A DNA stretch of 64,000 nt from Anaeromyxobacteraceae bacterium (GCA_032654565.1 JAULAX010000015.1:960001-1024000); one strand, 5' to 3'; counted from the first letter of the stretch, positions 49,933-60,243 are shown. Made by a program: numbers and translations. Notes: generated by a model from the sequence alone, not told the origin.

Positions 49933-51363
49933 CTACTCCTTCCCGGCGCGGCGGGCGGCCCGGGCCACCTTGAGCCGCCCCGCCCACCCCTCCTTGTTCA
50001 CCTGCTTGGCCCGCCCCAGCCCCAGCCCGCCGGCCGGCACCGACTCGGTGAGCGTCGAGCCTGCCGCGGTGTAGGCCCCGGCGCCGATCTCGATGGGCGC
50101 CACCAGGATGGAGTCGGAGCCGATGAAGGCGCCGTCGCCGATGCGGGTCTGGTGCTTCTGCTCGCCGTCGTAGTTGCAGGTGATGGTGCCGCAGCCGATG
50201 TTGACGCCGGCGCCGATCACCGCGTCGCCGAGGTAGGCGAGGTGGTTGGCCTTCGACCCCTTGCCGAGCCGGGTCTTCTTGGTCTCCACGAAGTTGCCGA
50301 GGTGGACCCCCTCGCCCAGCTCCGAGCCGGGCCGGATGCGCGAGAAGGGGCCGAGCACGGCCCGGGCCCCCACCGTGGCCGGCCCCTCGATCACCGTGTA
50401 GGGGCGCACCGTCACCCCGGCCGCCAGCACCGCGTCGGAGAGGACCGAGCCCTGGCCGATGCGGCAGCCGGCGCCGATGCGGGTGGCGCCGCGCAGCCGG
50501 ACGTCCGGCTCGATGAGCACCTCGGCGGCGATCTCCACCCCCTCGTCGCAGAGGAAGCGGGCGGGATCCTCCAGCGTCACCCCGGCCCTCATCAGCGCCG
50601 AGGCCCGCCGCTGCTGCAGCACCCGCCCGGCCCGGGCCAGCTCCTCCCGGTCGTTGACGCCGAAGGCCTCGAGCGGGTCCACCTCCACCGCCGCGGCCGG
50701 GGTCCGGGCCGCGGCCAGCGCCACCAGGTCGGTCAGGTAGAACTCGCCCTGGGCGTTCTTCGAGCCCACCCGGGCCAGCGCCCGCCAGAGGAACTCGGCG
50801 TCGGCGCAGTAGAGGCCGGCGTTGACCTCGAGGAGGGCCCGCTCCTCCGGGGTGGCGTCCTTCTCCTCGACGATGCGCGCCGGGCGGCCGCGCTCGTCGC
50901 GCACCACCCGGCCGTAGCCGCGCGGCTCGGCCAGCGTCATGGTGGCGAAGGCCAGCGGGGCCTTGCCGCGGGACCGGGACTGGACCACCCGCTTCAGCGT
51001 GGTGGTGGTGAGCAGCGGGGTGTCGCCGGAGAGGATGGCGATGGGCCCGTCGACGCCGCGCAGCGCCTGGCGGGCCGCCAGCACCGCGTGGGCGGTGCCG
51101 CGCTGCTCCGCCTGGAGCGCGAACTTGAGCGGGGCGCCGGGGAGGGCGGCCCGCAGCGCCGCCTCGACCGCCTCGGCCTGGTGGCCCACCACCACCACCA
51201 CCGGCGAGGCGCCGGCCTCCAGGGCGGCGCGGATGGGGAACCAGGCCAGCGGCCTCCCGGAGAGCTCGTGGAGCACCTTGGCGGTGCCGGACTTCATGCG
51301 GGTCCCCTTGCCGGCGGCGAGGACCACGGCGGCGAGCGGGTTGCGGTTGGAGTGGGTGGCCAT
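49933..51363 (-). CDS. glmU: Bifunctional UDP-GlcNAc pyrophosphorylase/acetyltransferase
   Basis: LAAGKGTRMKS, QRGTAHAV, YGRVVR, NAQGEFYLTD, GNFVETK, KANHLAYLGD, TCNYDG. Confidence 0.97.
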   Translation of the reverse strand: MATHSNRNPLAAVVLAAGKGTRMKSGTAKVLHELSGRPLAWFPIRAALEAGASPVVVVVGHQAEAVEAALRAALPGAPLKFALQAEQRGTAHAVLAARQALRGVDGPIAILSGDTPLLTTTTLKRVVQSRSRGKAPLAFATMTLAEPRGYGRVVRDERGRPARIVEEKDATPEERALLEVNAGLYCADAEFLWRALARVGSKNAQGEFYLTDLVALAAARTPAAAVEVDPLEAFGVNDREELARAGRVLQQRRASALMRAGVTLEDPARFLCDEGVEIAAEVLIEPDVRLRGATRIGAGCRIGQGSVLSDAVLAAGVTVRPYTVIEGPATVGARAVLGPFSRIRPGSELGEGVHLGNFVETKKTRLGKGSKANHLAYLGDAVIGAGVNIGCGTITCNYDGEQKHQTRIGDGAFIGSDSILVAPIEIGAGAYTAAGSTLTESVPAGGLGLGRAKQVNKEGWAGRLKVARAARRAGKE

Positions 51364-51487
51364 GCCCAGAGTCTCGACCAGGCGTGAGGCGGCGGCAAGG
51401 CGCAGCATGGGGCGCGGCGGTGAAGCCGGCGGCGCTCCGGGCTTGAGCGCTCCGCACCGGGGGCCGGTTCCTGATACCCTCTCCGCC

Positions 51488-52336
51488 ATGGCGAGCGCGT
51501 CCGGAGCCACCACCAGCAGCGGCGGCGAGGTCGACGATCAGGCCTTCCTGGCCGTCGAGGCCACGCTGGAGCGGGCCTGCGGCCTCTCCTTCGCCGCCGG
51601 GGTCCGGCCGGCGCTGGCCGACGCCGTCCGGCGGGCCTCCGGCGAGCTGGGGCTGGCCCGTGAGCCCTTCCTGTCGCGCCTGCTCGGCGGGGCGCCGGAC
51701 GAGGTGACGGCGCTGGTCGAGCACGCCGTGGTCAAGGAGACCTACTTCTACCGCCACCCCGAGCAGTGGGAGGCGCTGGCCGCGCGGCTGTCGGCGGCCC
51801 CGGCCGGGCGGCCGCTCCGCGCCTGGTCGGCCGGCTGCGCCACCGGCGAGGAGGCCTACACGCTGGCCATGGTGCTGCACGACGCCGGCCGGCCGGCCGG
51901 GCTGGACCGGATCCTCGCCACCGACCTCTCGGCCCGGGCGCTGGAGGTGGCCACCGCGGCCCGCTACGGGGCCTGGTCGCTGCGCGGGGTCCCGGCGCCG
52001 GCCCGGGCCCGCCACTTCACCGTCGACGGGGAGGCGCTGCGGGTGCGCGACGAGCGGCGCGCCCCGGTCCGCTTCGCCCGGCACAACCTGCTCGGCCCAC
52101 CGCCGCCGGGAGGGCCCTTCGACCTGGTGGTCTGTCGCAACGTGCTGCTCTACTTCAGGCCCGACCAGGCCCGGGCGCTGCTCGGCCGGCTCCACGCCGC
52201 GCTCCGGCCCGGCGGGCTGCTGCTGGTCGGCCCCGTCGAGGAGCCGCTGGCCGCCGGCCTCCCCTTCGAGCGGCTGGAGGGGGCGGGCGCCACGCTGCTG
52301 CGACGCCCCGCCGACGGCGGAGGGGCCAGGCCGTGA
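51488..52336 (+). CDS. cheR: CheR-type methyltransferase 1
   Basis: KETYFYRH, WSAGCATGEEAY, ATDLS, HNLL, FDLVVCRNVLLYF. Confidence 0.88.
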   Translation: MASASGATTSSGGEVDDQAFLAVEATLERACGLSFAAGVRPALADAVRRASGELGLAREPFLSRLLGGAPDEVTALVEHAVVKETYFYRHPEQWEALAARLSAAPAGRPLRAWSAGCATGEEAYTLAMVLHDAGRPAGLDRILATDLSARALEVATAARYGAWSLRGVPAPARARHFTVDGEALRVRDERRAPVRFARHNLLGPPPPGGPFDLVVCRNVLLYFRPDQARALLGRLHAALRPGGLLLVGPVEEPLAAGLPFERLEGAGATLLRRPADGGGARP

Positions 52337-52707
52337 AGGTGCTCCTGGTCGACGACACCCGCACCCTGCTCTCCCTCATCCAGGTCTACCTGATGGGCTG
52401 GCAGCTCGAGTTCCTCGAGGCCAAGGACGGCGTCGAGGGGCTGGCCAAGGCCCGCGAGCTGCGCCCGGCGCTGGTGGTGACCGACGTCCGCATGCCCGGC
52501 ATGGACGGGTTCGAGCTCTGCGCCGCCCTCCGCGCCGACCCCGACCTCCACGCCATCCCGGTGGTGCTGCTCACCTCGCTCAACGACGAGACCAGCCGGC
52601 GCAAGGGGAGGATGGTGGGGGCCACCGCCTTCCTCACCAAGCCGGTCTCGGTGGACGAGCTGCGCCAGACCGTCGGGACCCTGCTCCGGCTGCCGCCGAG
52701 GAGCTGA
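52333..52707 (+). CDS. Single-domain response regulator (CheY-like)
   Basis: GTG 52333; VLLVDD, VTDVRMPGMDG, LLTS, FLTKP. Confidence 0.9.
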   Translation: MKVLLVDDTRTLLSLIQVYLMGWQLEFLEAKDGVEGLAKARELRPALVVTDVRMPGMDGFELCAALRADPDLHAIPVVLLTSLNDETSRRKGRMVGATAFLTKPVSVDELRQTVGTLLRLPPRS

Positions 52708-52710
52708 TCC

Positions 52711-53262
52711 GTGCCCGATGGCCCCGTCGACTTCGACGACCTGGATCGCCTGCTCGACCAGGTCGAGGCGCGGCTGGCCGAGACCGGCGGCGCCGGGGAC
52801 CGCCGGCGGGAGCTGATGGCCGAGCGGGCCCGCGCCCTGGCCACGCCGCGCGAGGCCGCCCACGAGGATCTGCTGCCGCTCCTGGTCTTCACGCTGGGTG
52901 GAGGACTGCACGCCGTCGAGGTGGCGGCGGTGGTCCAGGTGGTCGAGGCCCGCGGCCTGCAGCGCCTGGTGGCCACGCCGCCCTGGCTGCTGGGGGCGCT
53001 GGTGGCGCGCGGCCGGGTGGTGCCGGTGCTCGACCTGCGGGAGCGGCTGGGGCTGGGGCGGGGGCTGGCCGACCTCGGCAAGGTGCTGGTGCTGGAGCAG
53101 GCCGGCGAGCTGGTGGGGCTGGCGGTGGAGGGGCTGGAGGGGCGGCGCGACGTGGCGCGGCGCACGCTGACCCCGGGGACCTCGCCCATCCGCTGGCGGG
53201 GAGCCGACGACCTGGCGGTGATCGACCTCGAGGCGGCGCTGGCCCCCGGGGCGGAGGGCTAG
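52711..53262 (+). CDS. cheW: CheW-like coupling protein
   Basis: LMAERARALA, LLVFTLGG, PPWLLG..ARGRVVPVLDL. Confidence 0.82.
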   Translation: MPDGPVDFDDLDRLLDQVEARLAETGGAGDRRRELMAERARALATPREAAHEDLLPLLVFTLGGGLHAVEVAAVVQVVEARGLQRLVATPPWLLGALVARGRVVPVLDLRERLGLGRGLADLGKVLVLEQAGELVGLAVEGLEGRRDVARRTLTPGTSPIRWRGADDLAVIDLEAALAPGAEG

Positions 53263-53264
53263 GG

Positions 53265-55463
53265 GTGGACCGGGAGCTGCGGCGACAGGTCTGGCCCATC
53301 TTCTCGGTGGAGGCCCGCGAGCAGCTGGCGGTGATCGGCGGCGGGCTGCTGCAGCTGGAGAGCTCGCCGGAGCGGACCGCGCTGCTCGATCCGATCCGCC
53401 GCACCGCCCACAGCCTCAAGGGGGCGGCGGCCAGCCTCGGGCTCGGCGGCGTCGAGCGGCTGGCCCACGCGCTGGAGGGGGCGCTGGCCGGTTACCAGCC
53501 GGGGGAGGGGCTGGGCCCGGACCTGATGCAGGCGGCGCTCGACGCCCTGGAGGCCATCGAGGCGGCGCTGGCCGCCGGGGACGCTGGCGCCGAGCCGGAG
53601 GTGACCGGCCTGGAGCCGCTGCTCGGGGCGCTGGCGCTGGCCGCGACGGGCCGGCCCGGGGCGCCTCCACCCCCGCCGCCGTCGCCCCCGCCGCCCGTGC
53701 CACCCGGTGTCGCCGCGCCCGCCCACCCCGCCGGACCGGCCGAGGCCGCCGTGCCGTCGCAGCCGGGCGACCGCTCGGTCCGGGTGATGGCCTCGACGCT
53801 GGACGGCCTGGCCCACCGGGTCGAGCAGCTGCTGCTCGGCGACGCCCGCCAGGTGCGGCGCGCCCGCGAGGCCGGGACCCTGGAGGGGTCGGCGCGGGAG
53901 GCCATGCGCCGCCTCGACGTGGCCCTCCAGTCGCTGCGCGTGGCCGGCGCCGAGCGCGAGCGGCTGGCCATCGAGGCGGCGCTGGGGGAGCTGCGCGAGC
54001 TGGCGGGCGGGCTGCGGACCATGGCCCGCCAGGGTCACGCCGAGGCCGAGCAGCAGCGGCTCACCGGGTCGCTGCTGCGCGACGACCTGCGCGCCCTGCG
54101 CATGGTGCCGGCGGCGGCCATGCTGGAGCCGCTGCGGGTGGCGGTGCGCGAGGCCAGCGGCCGGCTGGGGCGGGCGGTGGAGCTGACGCTGCAGGGCGGC
54201 GAGGTGCGCGTCGACCGCCGGGTGGTGGACGAGCTGCGCGACCCGCTGCTCCACCTGGTGCGCAACGCCGTCGGCCATGGCCTGGAGCCGGCCGAGGCGC
54301 GGCGGGTCGCCGGCAAGCCGGCCGCCGGGCGGCTCACCGTCCGGGTGGAGCCGCGCGGCAACCGCATCGGCGTCACCGTGGAGGACGACGGCGCCGGGCT
54401 GGATCTCGCCGCCATCCGGGCGCGTGCGGCGGAGCGGGGCCTGGCCGGCGGTCACCCCGACCGCCTCTCCGACGCGGCGCTGGCCCGGCTCATCTTCGCC
54501 CCCGGCTTCTCCACGGCCCGGCAGGTGACCAGCCTCTCCGGGCGCGGCGTCGGGCTCGACGTGGTGCTGGAGGCGGTGACCCGGCTGGGCGGCGCCGTCG
54601 ACGTCCGCTCCGAGCCGGGGCAATCCACCCGCTTCGACCTCGACCTGCCGCTCACCCTCTCGGCCACCGTGGCCATCCTGCTGCGGGTGGGGGACGACCT
54701 GGCGGCGCTGCCGGCCGACGCCGTGGAGCGGGTGGTGCTGCTCTCCGACGGCGACGTCGAGGCGGCGGGGGAGGGGGCCACGGCGCGGGTGGGCGACCAG
54801 CGCCTGCCCCACGCCGGCCTGGCCACCCTGCTCGGCCTGCCCGCCCCGGCGCCGCGCGGCGCGCTGCGGTCGGCGCTGCTGCTGGCGGTGGGGCCGCGCC
54901 GCGCGGTGGTGACGCCCGACGAGGTGCTGGGCCAGCAGGAGCTGCTGGTCGGCTCGCTGGCCGGGGTGGCCGCCGGCCTGCCGCACCTGGTGGGGGCGGC
55001 GGTGCTCGACGACGGGCGCATCGTCGGGCTGCTCAACCCGGCCGAGCTGCTGCGCCGGATCCCGGCGGCGGGGCGCGGTTCCGGGCGCGCGGCGCCGCGG
55101 GTGCTGGTGGCCGACGACGCCCAGACCACCCGCTCGGCCATGAAGGGGCTGCTGGAGGCGGCCGGGTTCGAGGTGGCGGTGGCCGAGGACGGGGCCCAGG
55201 CGCTCCGGCTGGCCAGCGAGTCGCCGCCGGCGCTGGTGGTGACCGACGTGGAGATGCGCGGCGTCGGCGGGCTGGAGCTGACCCGCCGGCTCAAGGCCGA
55301 CCCGCGGCTGCGGGCGGTGCCGGTGGTGATGATCACCTCGCTGGAGTCGCCGGAGGCGCGGGCCGCCGGGCTGGCCGCCGGCGCCGACGCCTACCTGGTG
55401 AAGCGGGAGGTGGAGCGCCAGCAGCTGGTGACGCTGCTGCGCCGCCTGGTGGGGGCGGGGTGA
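53265..55463 (+). CDS. cheA: Hybrid CheA histidine kinase with C-terminal REC
   Basis: Hpt AHSLKG; LHLVRNAVGHG; DDGAG; FAPGFST..SGRGVGLDVV; CheW-like P5; REC VADD..VTDVEM. Confidence 0.92.
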   Translation: MDRELRRQVWPIFSVEAREQLAVIGGGLLQLESSPERTALLDPIRRTAHSLKGAAASLGLGGVERLAHALEGALAGYQPGEGLGPDLMQAALDALEAIEAALAAGDAGAEPEVTGLEPLLGALALAATGRPGAPPPPPPSPPPPVPPGVAAPAHPAGPAEAAVPSQPGDRSVRVMASTLDGLAHRVEQLLLGDARQVRRAREAGTLEGSAREAMRRLDVALQSLRVAGAERERLAIEAALGELRELAGGLRTMARQGHAEAEQQRLTGSLLRDDLRALRMVPAAAMLEPLRVAVREASGRLGRAVELTLQGGEVRVDRRVVDELRDPLLHLVRNAVGHGLEPAEARRVAGKPAAGRLTVRVEPRGNRIGVTVEDDGAGLDLAAIRARAAERGLAGGHPDRLSDAALARLIFAPGFSTARQVTSLSGRGVGLDVVLEAVTRLGGAVDVRSEPGQSTRFDLDLPLTLSATVAILLRVGDDLAALPADAVERVVLLSDGDVEAAGEGATARVGDQRLPHAGLATLLGLPAPAPRGALRSALLLAVGPRRAVVTPDEVLGQQELLVGSLAGVAAGLPHLVGAAVLDDGRIVGLLNPAELLRRIPAAGRGSGRAAPRVLVADDAQTTRSAMKGLLEAAGFEVAVAEDGAQALRLASESPPALVVTDVEMRGVGGLELTRRLKADPRLRAVPVVMITSLESPEARAAGLAAGADAYLVKREVERQQLVTLLRRLVGAG

Positions 55464-56278
55464 GCGCCGGGGCGAGCGGCGAGGGGCTCTCCGACGGGCT
55501 CCTGGCCGGGGTGGCCGAGGCGCTGGCCCGCTCGGTGGGGCTCTCGCTGGCCGGCGGGCTGCAGGGGCCGCTGGGACTGGCGGTGAATGAGGCGGCGCGC
55601 GAGCTGGGGCGGGCCCCGGTGGCGCTGGCGGCAGCGGTCGTGGCCGGCGACCCCGAGGCCCTCCAGGTGCTGGCCGAGCACGCCCTGGTCGGCGAGACCT
55701 CGCTCTGGCGCCACGCCGAGGGGCTGGCGGCGCTGGCCCGGGCCCTCGCCGAGCCCCCGGTGGAGCGGCCGCTCCGGCTCTGGAGCGCCGGCTGCGCCAC
55801 CGGCGAGGAGCCCTACAGCCTGGCCCTGGCCCTGCTCGACGCCGGCCGCGACCGCGAGGAGGACCGGATCCTCGGGACAGACGTCTCGGCGCGGGCGCTG
55901 GCCCTGGCCTGGGCGGGCGTCTACGGGGCGCGGGCCACGCGGAAGCTGCCGCCGGCGCTGGCGGCGCGCTGGCTCCGCCCCACCGATCACGGCGCCCAGG
56001 TCGACGGCCGGCTGGCCCGCCTCTGCCGCTTCGAGCGCCACAACCTGCTCGACCGGCCGCCCGGCGATGACTTCGACGCCGTGGTCTGCCGCAACGTCCT
56101 CATCTACTTCGATCCCGCGGTGGCGGCCTCGACGCTGGTCCGGCTGGCGGGCGCGGTGGCGCCCGGCGGCTACCTGCTGCTCGGGCCGGTGGAGCTGCCG
56201 CTGGCCGGCGGCCTCGACTTCGAGTGGGTGGAGCGCGGCGGCGCCACGCTGCTCCGGCGGCCGGTCACTGCCGGGTGA
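55460..56278 (+). CDS. cheR: CheR-type methyltransferase 2
   Basis: GETSLWRH, WSAGCATGEEPYS, GTDVS, HNLL, CRNVLIYF. Confidence 0.88.
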   Translation: MSAGASGEGLSDGLLAGVAEALARSVGLSLAGGLQGPLGLAVNEAARELGRAPVALAAAVVAGDPEALQVLAEHALVGETSLWRHAEGLAALARALAEPPVERPLRLWSAGCATGEEPYSLALALLDAGRDREEDRILGTDVSARALALAWAGVYGARATRKLPPALAARWLRPTDHGAQVDGRLARLCRFERHNLLDRPPGDDFDAVVCRNVLIYFDPAVAASTLVRLAGAVAPGGYLLLGPVELPLAGGLDFEWVERGGATLLRRPVTAG

Positions 56279-57230
56279 GCGGGGCGCTGGCCGAGATCGA
56301 GCGGCTGACGACCCGGGCCTGGCTGCTCGGCTGCAGGCCGTACTGGGCCCCGTCGGTCAGCACCACCACGAAGCGGGCGACCTGGTCGAAGCCCTTGCCG
56401 GGGAGGAAGGCGATGTCGCCGGCGCGGAGCGTCAGGACGTTCTCGGCCCCCTCCACCTCGAGGGCGCCGCCCAGCGCCGCGGTCACCAGGCCGGTGACCG
56501 GATCGCGGAAGCCGGCCGAGCCGCCCAGGTAGCTCCCGGCCGAGTCGTAGAACCAGGCGGCGCCGTCGTGGACGTTGGGGTCGATCACCGTGAAGCCGAG
56601 GCTGATGGTCCCGGTGGCGGCGGTGGCGGTGCCGGAGGTCCCCGGGCTGGCCCGCCGCACCATGGGCACCGAGGTGCCGGCGGGCGGGGTCCGGTCCTCC
56701 GAGTTCATGGACGGGCGGGTGGCGGTGAGCCCCCCGGGATCCGGGACGTAGGCGACGCCCCAGGCGACGGCACCGCTGGTCAGCTTGATCTCGGCGATGA
56801 GGAAGCCGATGGGCAGCAGGTTGATCTCCGGGCCGAACCAGCGGCCGTAGCCGCCGATGACCCGGCGGGCGGGATCGAAGAGCTGGGGGTCCCGGGAGAG
56901 CGTCCACCAGCTGGCGCCGTCGGGCGTGTAGACCCGCGCCCAGGCCAGGTCGGCGAAGGCCAGGTCGCCGCTGTAGTGGATCCAGAAGTCGTAGAAGGCG
57001 GTCTGGTTGTTGGCCGGCGGCGAGGACCAATAGGCGGGGGCGATGCTCTCGGAGAGCACCTCCAGGCTGGTGATGGTCAGGCCGGGGGTGGAAGGGGCGG
57101 GGGCAGGGGCGTCGCCGCCGCAGGCCAGGGCCAGCGCCAGGCCGGAGGCGACCAGGGCCCGGAGGCTGGCGGCGCCCAGGGGCGCGCGTCGGGGCGAGGG
57201 CCGGTGGGGCGGGCGGCGCGGTGGCGTCAC
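56265..57230 (-). CDS. Hypothetical lipoprotein
   Basis: LALALACGG lipobox; beta-rich, aromatic-rich mature region. Confidence 0.6.
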   Translation of the reverse strand: MTPPRRPPHRPSPRRAPLGAASLRALVASGLALALACGGDAPAPAPSTPGLTITSLEVLSESIAPAYWSSPPANNQTAFYDFWIHYSGDLAFADLAWARVYTPDGASWWTLSRDPQLFDPARRVIGGYGRWFGPEINLLPIGFLIAEIKLTSGAVAWGVAYVPDPGGLTATRPSMNSEDRTPPAGTSVPMVRRASPGTSGTATAATGTISLGFTVIDPNVHDGAAWFYDSAGSYLGGSAGFRDPVTGLVTAALGGALEVEGAENVLTLRAGDIAFLPGKGFDQVARFVVVLTDGAQYGLQPSSQARVVSRSISASAPLTRQ

Positions 57231-57239
57231 CTGCGCCCC

Positions 57240-57617
57240 CTACTCCACCACCAGCGCTTCGCTGACGAAGTACTCGGTCTCGCCGAAGCAGGAGGTGGGC
57301 AGCCCGAGGTGCTGCGTGTACTTGAGGGCCACCCGCTTCCCCAGCGACCTGTTCAGGTTGGCGGCCACCGCTTCGGAGCGGATGGAGAAATAGAACTTCT
57401 CCGGGATGGCGCCCGGCATGGTGACCATGGCCAGCTCCCCCTCCCACGTCTTGCAGACCCAGCCCTTCCTGGAGAACTTCTGCACGTAGCCGACCCGCTC
57501 GCCCTCGGAGTAGCTCCAGGAGAGCGCCGCCCAGGTGTAGGCGGCCAGGCCGCCGGCGGCGAGGAGGAGGACCAGCACGGTGACCACGAGGGCCTTGCCC
57601 GAGGCGGAGGTGCGCAC
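57240..57617 (-). CDS. Conserved hypothetical single-TM protein (start uncertain; ORF extends to 57761)
   Basis: TM followed by YSEGERVGYVQKFSRKGWVCKTWEGELAM...CFGETEYFV. Confidence 0.7.
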   Translation of the reverse strand: MRTSASGKALVVTVLVLLLAAGGLAAYTWAALSWSYSEGERVGYVQKFSRKGWVCKTWEGELAMVTMPGAIPEKFYFSIRSEAVAANLNRSLGKRVALKYTQHLGLPTSCFGETEYFVSEALVVE

Positions 57618-57785
57618 CGGGGGAGGAGACCACGAACGGCGGCGGGGTTCCAGCGCCGCCTCCTGGGGGTCCCGACCGCCCGGGTGATCACGCGGGCGGG
57701 TTGTCACGTTGGCCCGGGCCCGGTCTCTTGGTAGAGACGTCGTCCGCACCGTCTCCAGCACCGAAGGTCACCCCGGAGGTCCACC

Positions 57786-59687
57786 ATGCCGCACCCCCGC
57801 TCGTTCGTCCGCCTCGCCGCGCTGGCGCTCACCCTGGCGCTGGCCGTCCCCGCCGCCGCGCTGGAGCGCCCGGAGATCCCCGAGGGGCTCACCTGGAACC
57901 TCGGCGACCTGTTCAAGACCGAGGCCGACTGGGTGAAGGCCCGGGAGGGGCTGGCGGCGCAGGTGGCCGCCCTCCCAGCCCACCAGGGCCACCTGGGCGA
58001 CTCGGCCGAGGCGCTCTACAAGGCGCTCGCCGCCAGCTCCGCCGCCGACCTGGCGCTGACCCGGCTCTACGTCTACGCCTCGGCCCGCGCCGACGAGGAC
58101 ACCCGGGCGGCCCGGCCGCGCGAGCTGAAGCAGGCCGCCCAGCGGCTGGCGGTCGAGCTGGGGACGGCCGAGAGCTGGATCCGCCCCGAGCTGCTCTCCA
58201 TCGAGGCCGCCAGGCTGCGCGGCTTCCTGGCCGCCGAGCCGCGGCTGGCCCCCTGGAAGGTGACCATCGAGGAGGTGCTCCGCTGGCAGCCGCACACCCT
58301 GCCGCTCGGCGAGGAGAAGCTGCTGGCGCAGGCCGACGACCTCAGCAACGCCGGCGTCGCCGCCTACTCGATCCTCAAGGACGCCGACCTGCCCTACCCG
58401 ACCGTGGCCCTCTCCACCGGGGCCCAGGTCCGCCTCGACTCGCAGGGCTTCGCGCTGCACCGGGCCTCCCCGGTCAAGGTCGACCGCGACCTGGCCTTCG
58501 AGAAGTTCTTCGGCGCCCTGAAGACCTACGAGCGGACCTTCGGCACCACCCTGGAGGCCCAGCTCAAGTCCCACCAGTTCACGGCCCGGTCGAGGAAGTT
58601 CGGCAGCTCGCTGGAGTCGTCGCTCTTCCGCGCCAACGTCCCCACCACCGTCTACACCCAGCTGGTGGCCGACGTTCGCCGCTCGCTGCCGACGCTGCAC
58701 CGCTACCTGAAGCTGCGCCAGCAGATGATGGGGCTGGAGAAGCTCCGCTACCAGGACCTCTACGTGCCGCTGGTGGGCAAGGTGGAGCTCACCTACACCC
58801 CGGCGCAGGCCCAGGCGCTGACGCTGGAGGCCTTCGCGCCGCTCGGCAAGGAGTACGTCGCCGCCCTGAAGACCGGCTACCAGAGCCGCTGGACCGATTA
58901 CCTCCCCACCACCGGCAAGCGCTCCGGCGCCTACTCGACCGGGGTCTACGGCGTCCACCCGTACCAGCTGCTCAACTTCAACGGCCAGTACGACGACCTC
59001 TCGACCCTGGCCCACGAGTCGGGCCACTCCATGCACACCTGGCTGGCCGCCCGGGCGCAGCCCTTCCCCACCTCCGACTACCCCACCTTCGTGGCCGAGG
59101 TGGCCTCGACGCTCAACGAGGCGCTGCTGGTCGACCACATGGTGGGCAAGGCCAAGGACGACGCCACCCGGCTGGCGCTGCTCGGCAACCGGCTCGACAC
59201 GCTGCGGACCACGCTCTTCCGCCAGACCCTGTTCGCCGAGTTCGAGCTCAAGGTCCACGAGGCGGCCGAGAAGGGCGAGCCGGTCACCGGCGAGACGCTG
59301 ACCGCGCTCTACCTGAAGATCGTCCGCGACTACTACGGCCACGCCCAGGGGATCTGCCAGGTGGACGACCTGGTCGGCATCGAGTGGGCCTTCATCCCGC
59401 ACTTCTATTACGACTTCTACGTCTTCCAGTACGCCACCAGCATCGTCGCCTCCTCCTCGCTGGCCTCGCGCATCCTCGCCGAGGGGAAGCAGGGGAAGAC
59501 CGGTGCCCGCGACGCCTACCTGGCCATGCTCTCGGCCGGCAGCTCCAGGTTCCCCATCGACCTGCTCAAGTCGGCCGGCGTCGACATGACCAGCGGGGCG
59601 CCCTTCGACGCCGCCATGAAGGAGATGAATGCCACCATGGACCAGATGGAGAAGATCCTGGCCCGGCAGGCCAAGGCGAAGAAGTAG
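57786..59687 (+). CDS. pepF: Oligoendopeptidase F (M3B) with signal peptide
   Basis: TWNLGDLF, GKRSGAY, HPYQLLN, TLAHESGHSMH, FVAEVAST, IPHFYY.FYVFQYAT. Confidence 0.92.
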   Translation: MPHPRSFVRLAALALTLALAVPAAALERPEIPEGLTWNLGDLFKTEADWVKAREGLAAQVAALPAHQGHLGDSAEALYKALAASSAADLALTRLYVYASARADEDTRAARPRELKQAAQRLAVELGTAESWIRPELLSIEAARLRGFLAAEPRLAPWKVTIEEVLRWQPHTLPLGEEKLLAQADDLSNAGVAAYSILKDADLPYPTVALSTGAQVRLDSQGFALHRASPVKVDRDLAFEKFFGALKTYERTFGTTLEAQLKSHQFTARSRKFGSSLESSLFRANVPTTVYTQLVADVRRSLPTLHRYLKLRQQMMGLEKLRYQDLYVPLVGKVELTYTPAQAQALTLEAFAPLGKEYVAALKTGYQSRWTDYLPTTGKRSGAYSTGVYGVHPYQLLNFNGQYDDLSTLAHESGHSMHTWLAARAQPFPTSDYPTFVAEVASTLNEALLVDHMVGKAKDDATRLALLGNRLDTLRTTLFRQTLFAEFELKVHEAAEKGEPVTGETLTALYLKIVRDYYGHAQGICQVDDLVGIEWAFIPHFYYDFYVFQYATSIVASSSLASRILAEGKQGKTGARDAYLAMLSAGSSRFPIDLLKSAGVDMTSGAPFDAAMKEMNATMDQMEKILARQAKAKK

Positions 59688-59756
59688 CCGGGGCTCGGCG
59701 CCGGGCCGTCCCGCCACGGCGGGTGGCCCGGCGGATCGAGGCGGCGCGCCGGCGAC

Positions 59757-60230
59757 TCAGCGGCGGGTGGGGGTGGTCCGGCGGGCCTTTCGGGCCGGGG
59801 CGGCGCGCCAGGTCCCGGTGCGGCCGCCCCGCTTCTCCAGCAGCTCGACGCGCTCCAGCACCATCCCCTGCTCGTACCGCTTCAGCATGTCGTAGGCGGT
59901 GAGGCAGGCGGCGGTGGCGGCGGTGAGCGCCTCCATCTCCACGCCGGTCCGGTCCACGGTGCGGACCGTGGCCACCGCCTCGAGGCCGGCGGCGGTGAGC
60001 CGCACCGCCACCTCCACCGCCGACAGCGAGATGGGGTGGCAGAGCGGGATCAGGTCCGGGGTCCGCTTGGCGGCCATGACACCGGCCAGCCGCGCCGCCG
60101 CCAGCACGTCCCCCTTCTCCACCTCGCCGGCCGTGACCCGGGCCCGGGTGGACTTCGACATCCGCAGCAGGGCGCGGGCCACCGCCACCCGCTCGGTGGG
60201 GGGCTTGGCGCCGACGTCGATCATCTTCAC
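59757..60230 (-). CDS. moaC: Cyclic pyranopterin monophosphate synthase
   Basis: MIDVGAK, KGDVL, AAKRTPDLIPLCHP, TGVEMEALT, YDMLK, LEKRGG. Confidence 0.96.
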   Translation of the reverse strand: MKMIDVGAKPPTERVAVARALLRMSKSTRARVTAGEVEKGDVLAAARLAGVMAAKRTPDLIPLCHPISLSAVEVAVRLTAAGLEAVATVRTVDRTGVEMEALTAATAACLTAYDMLKRYEQGMVLERVELLEKRGGRTGTWRAAPARKARRTTPTRR

Positions 60231-60243
60231 GGGGAGGCTCCGC

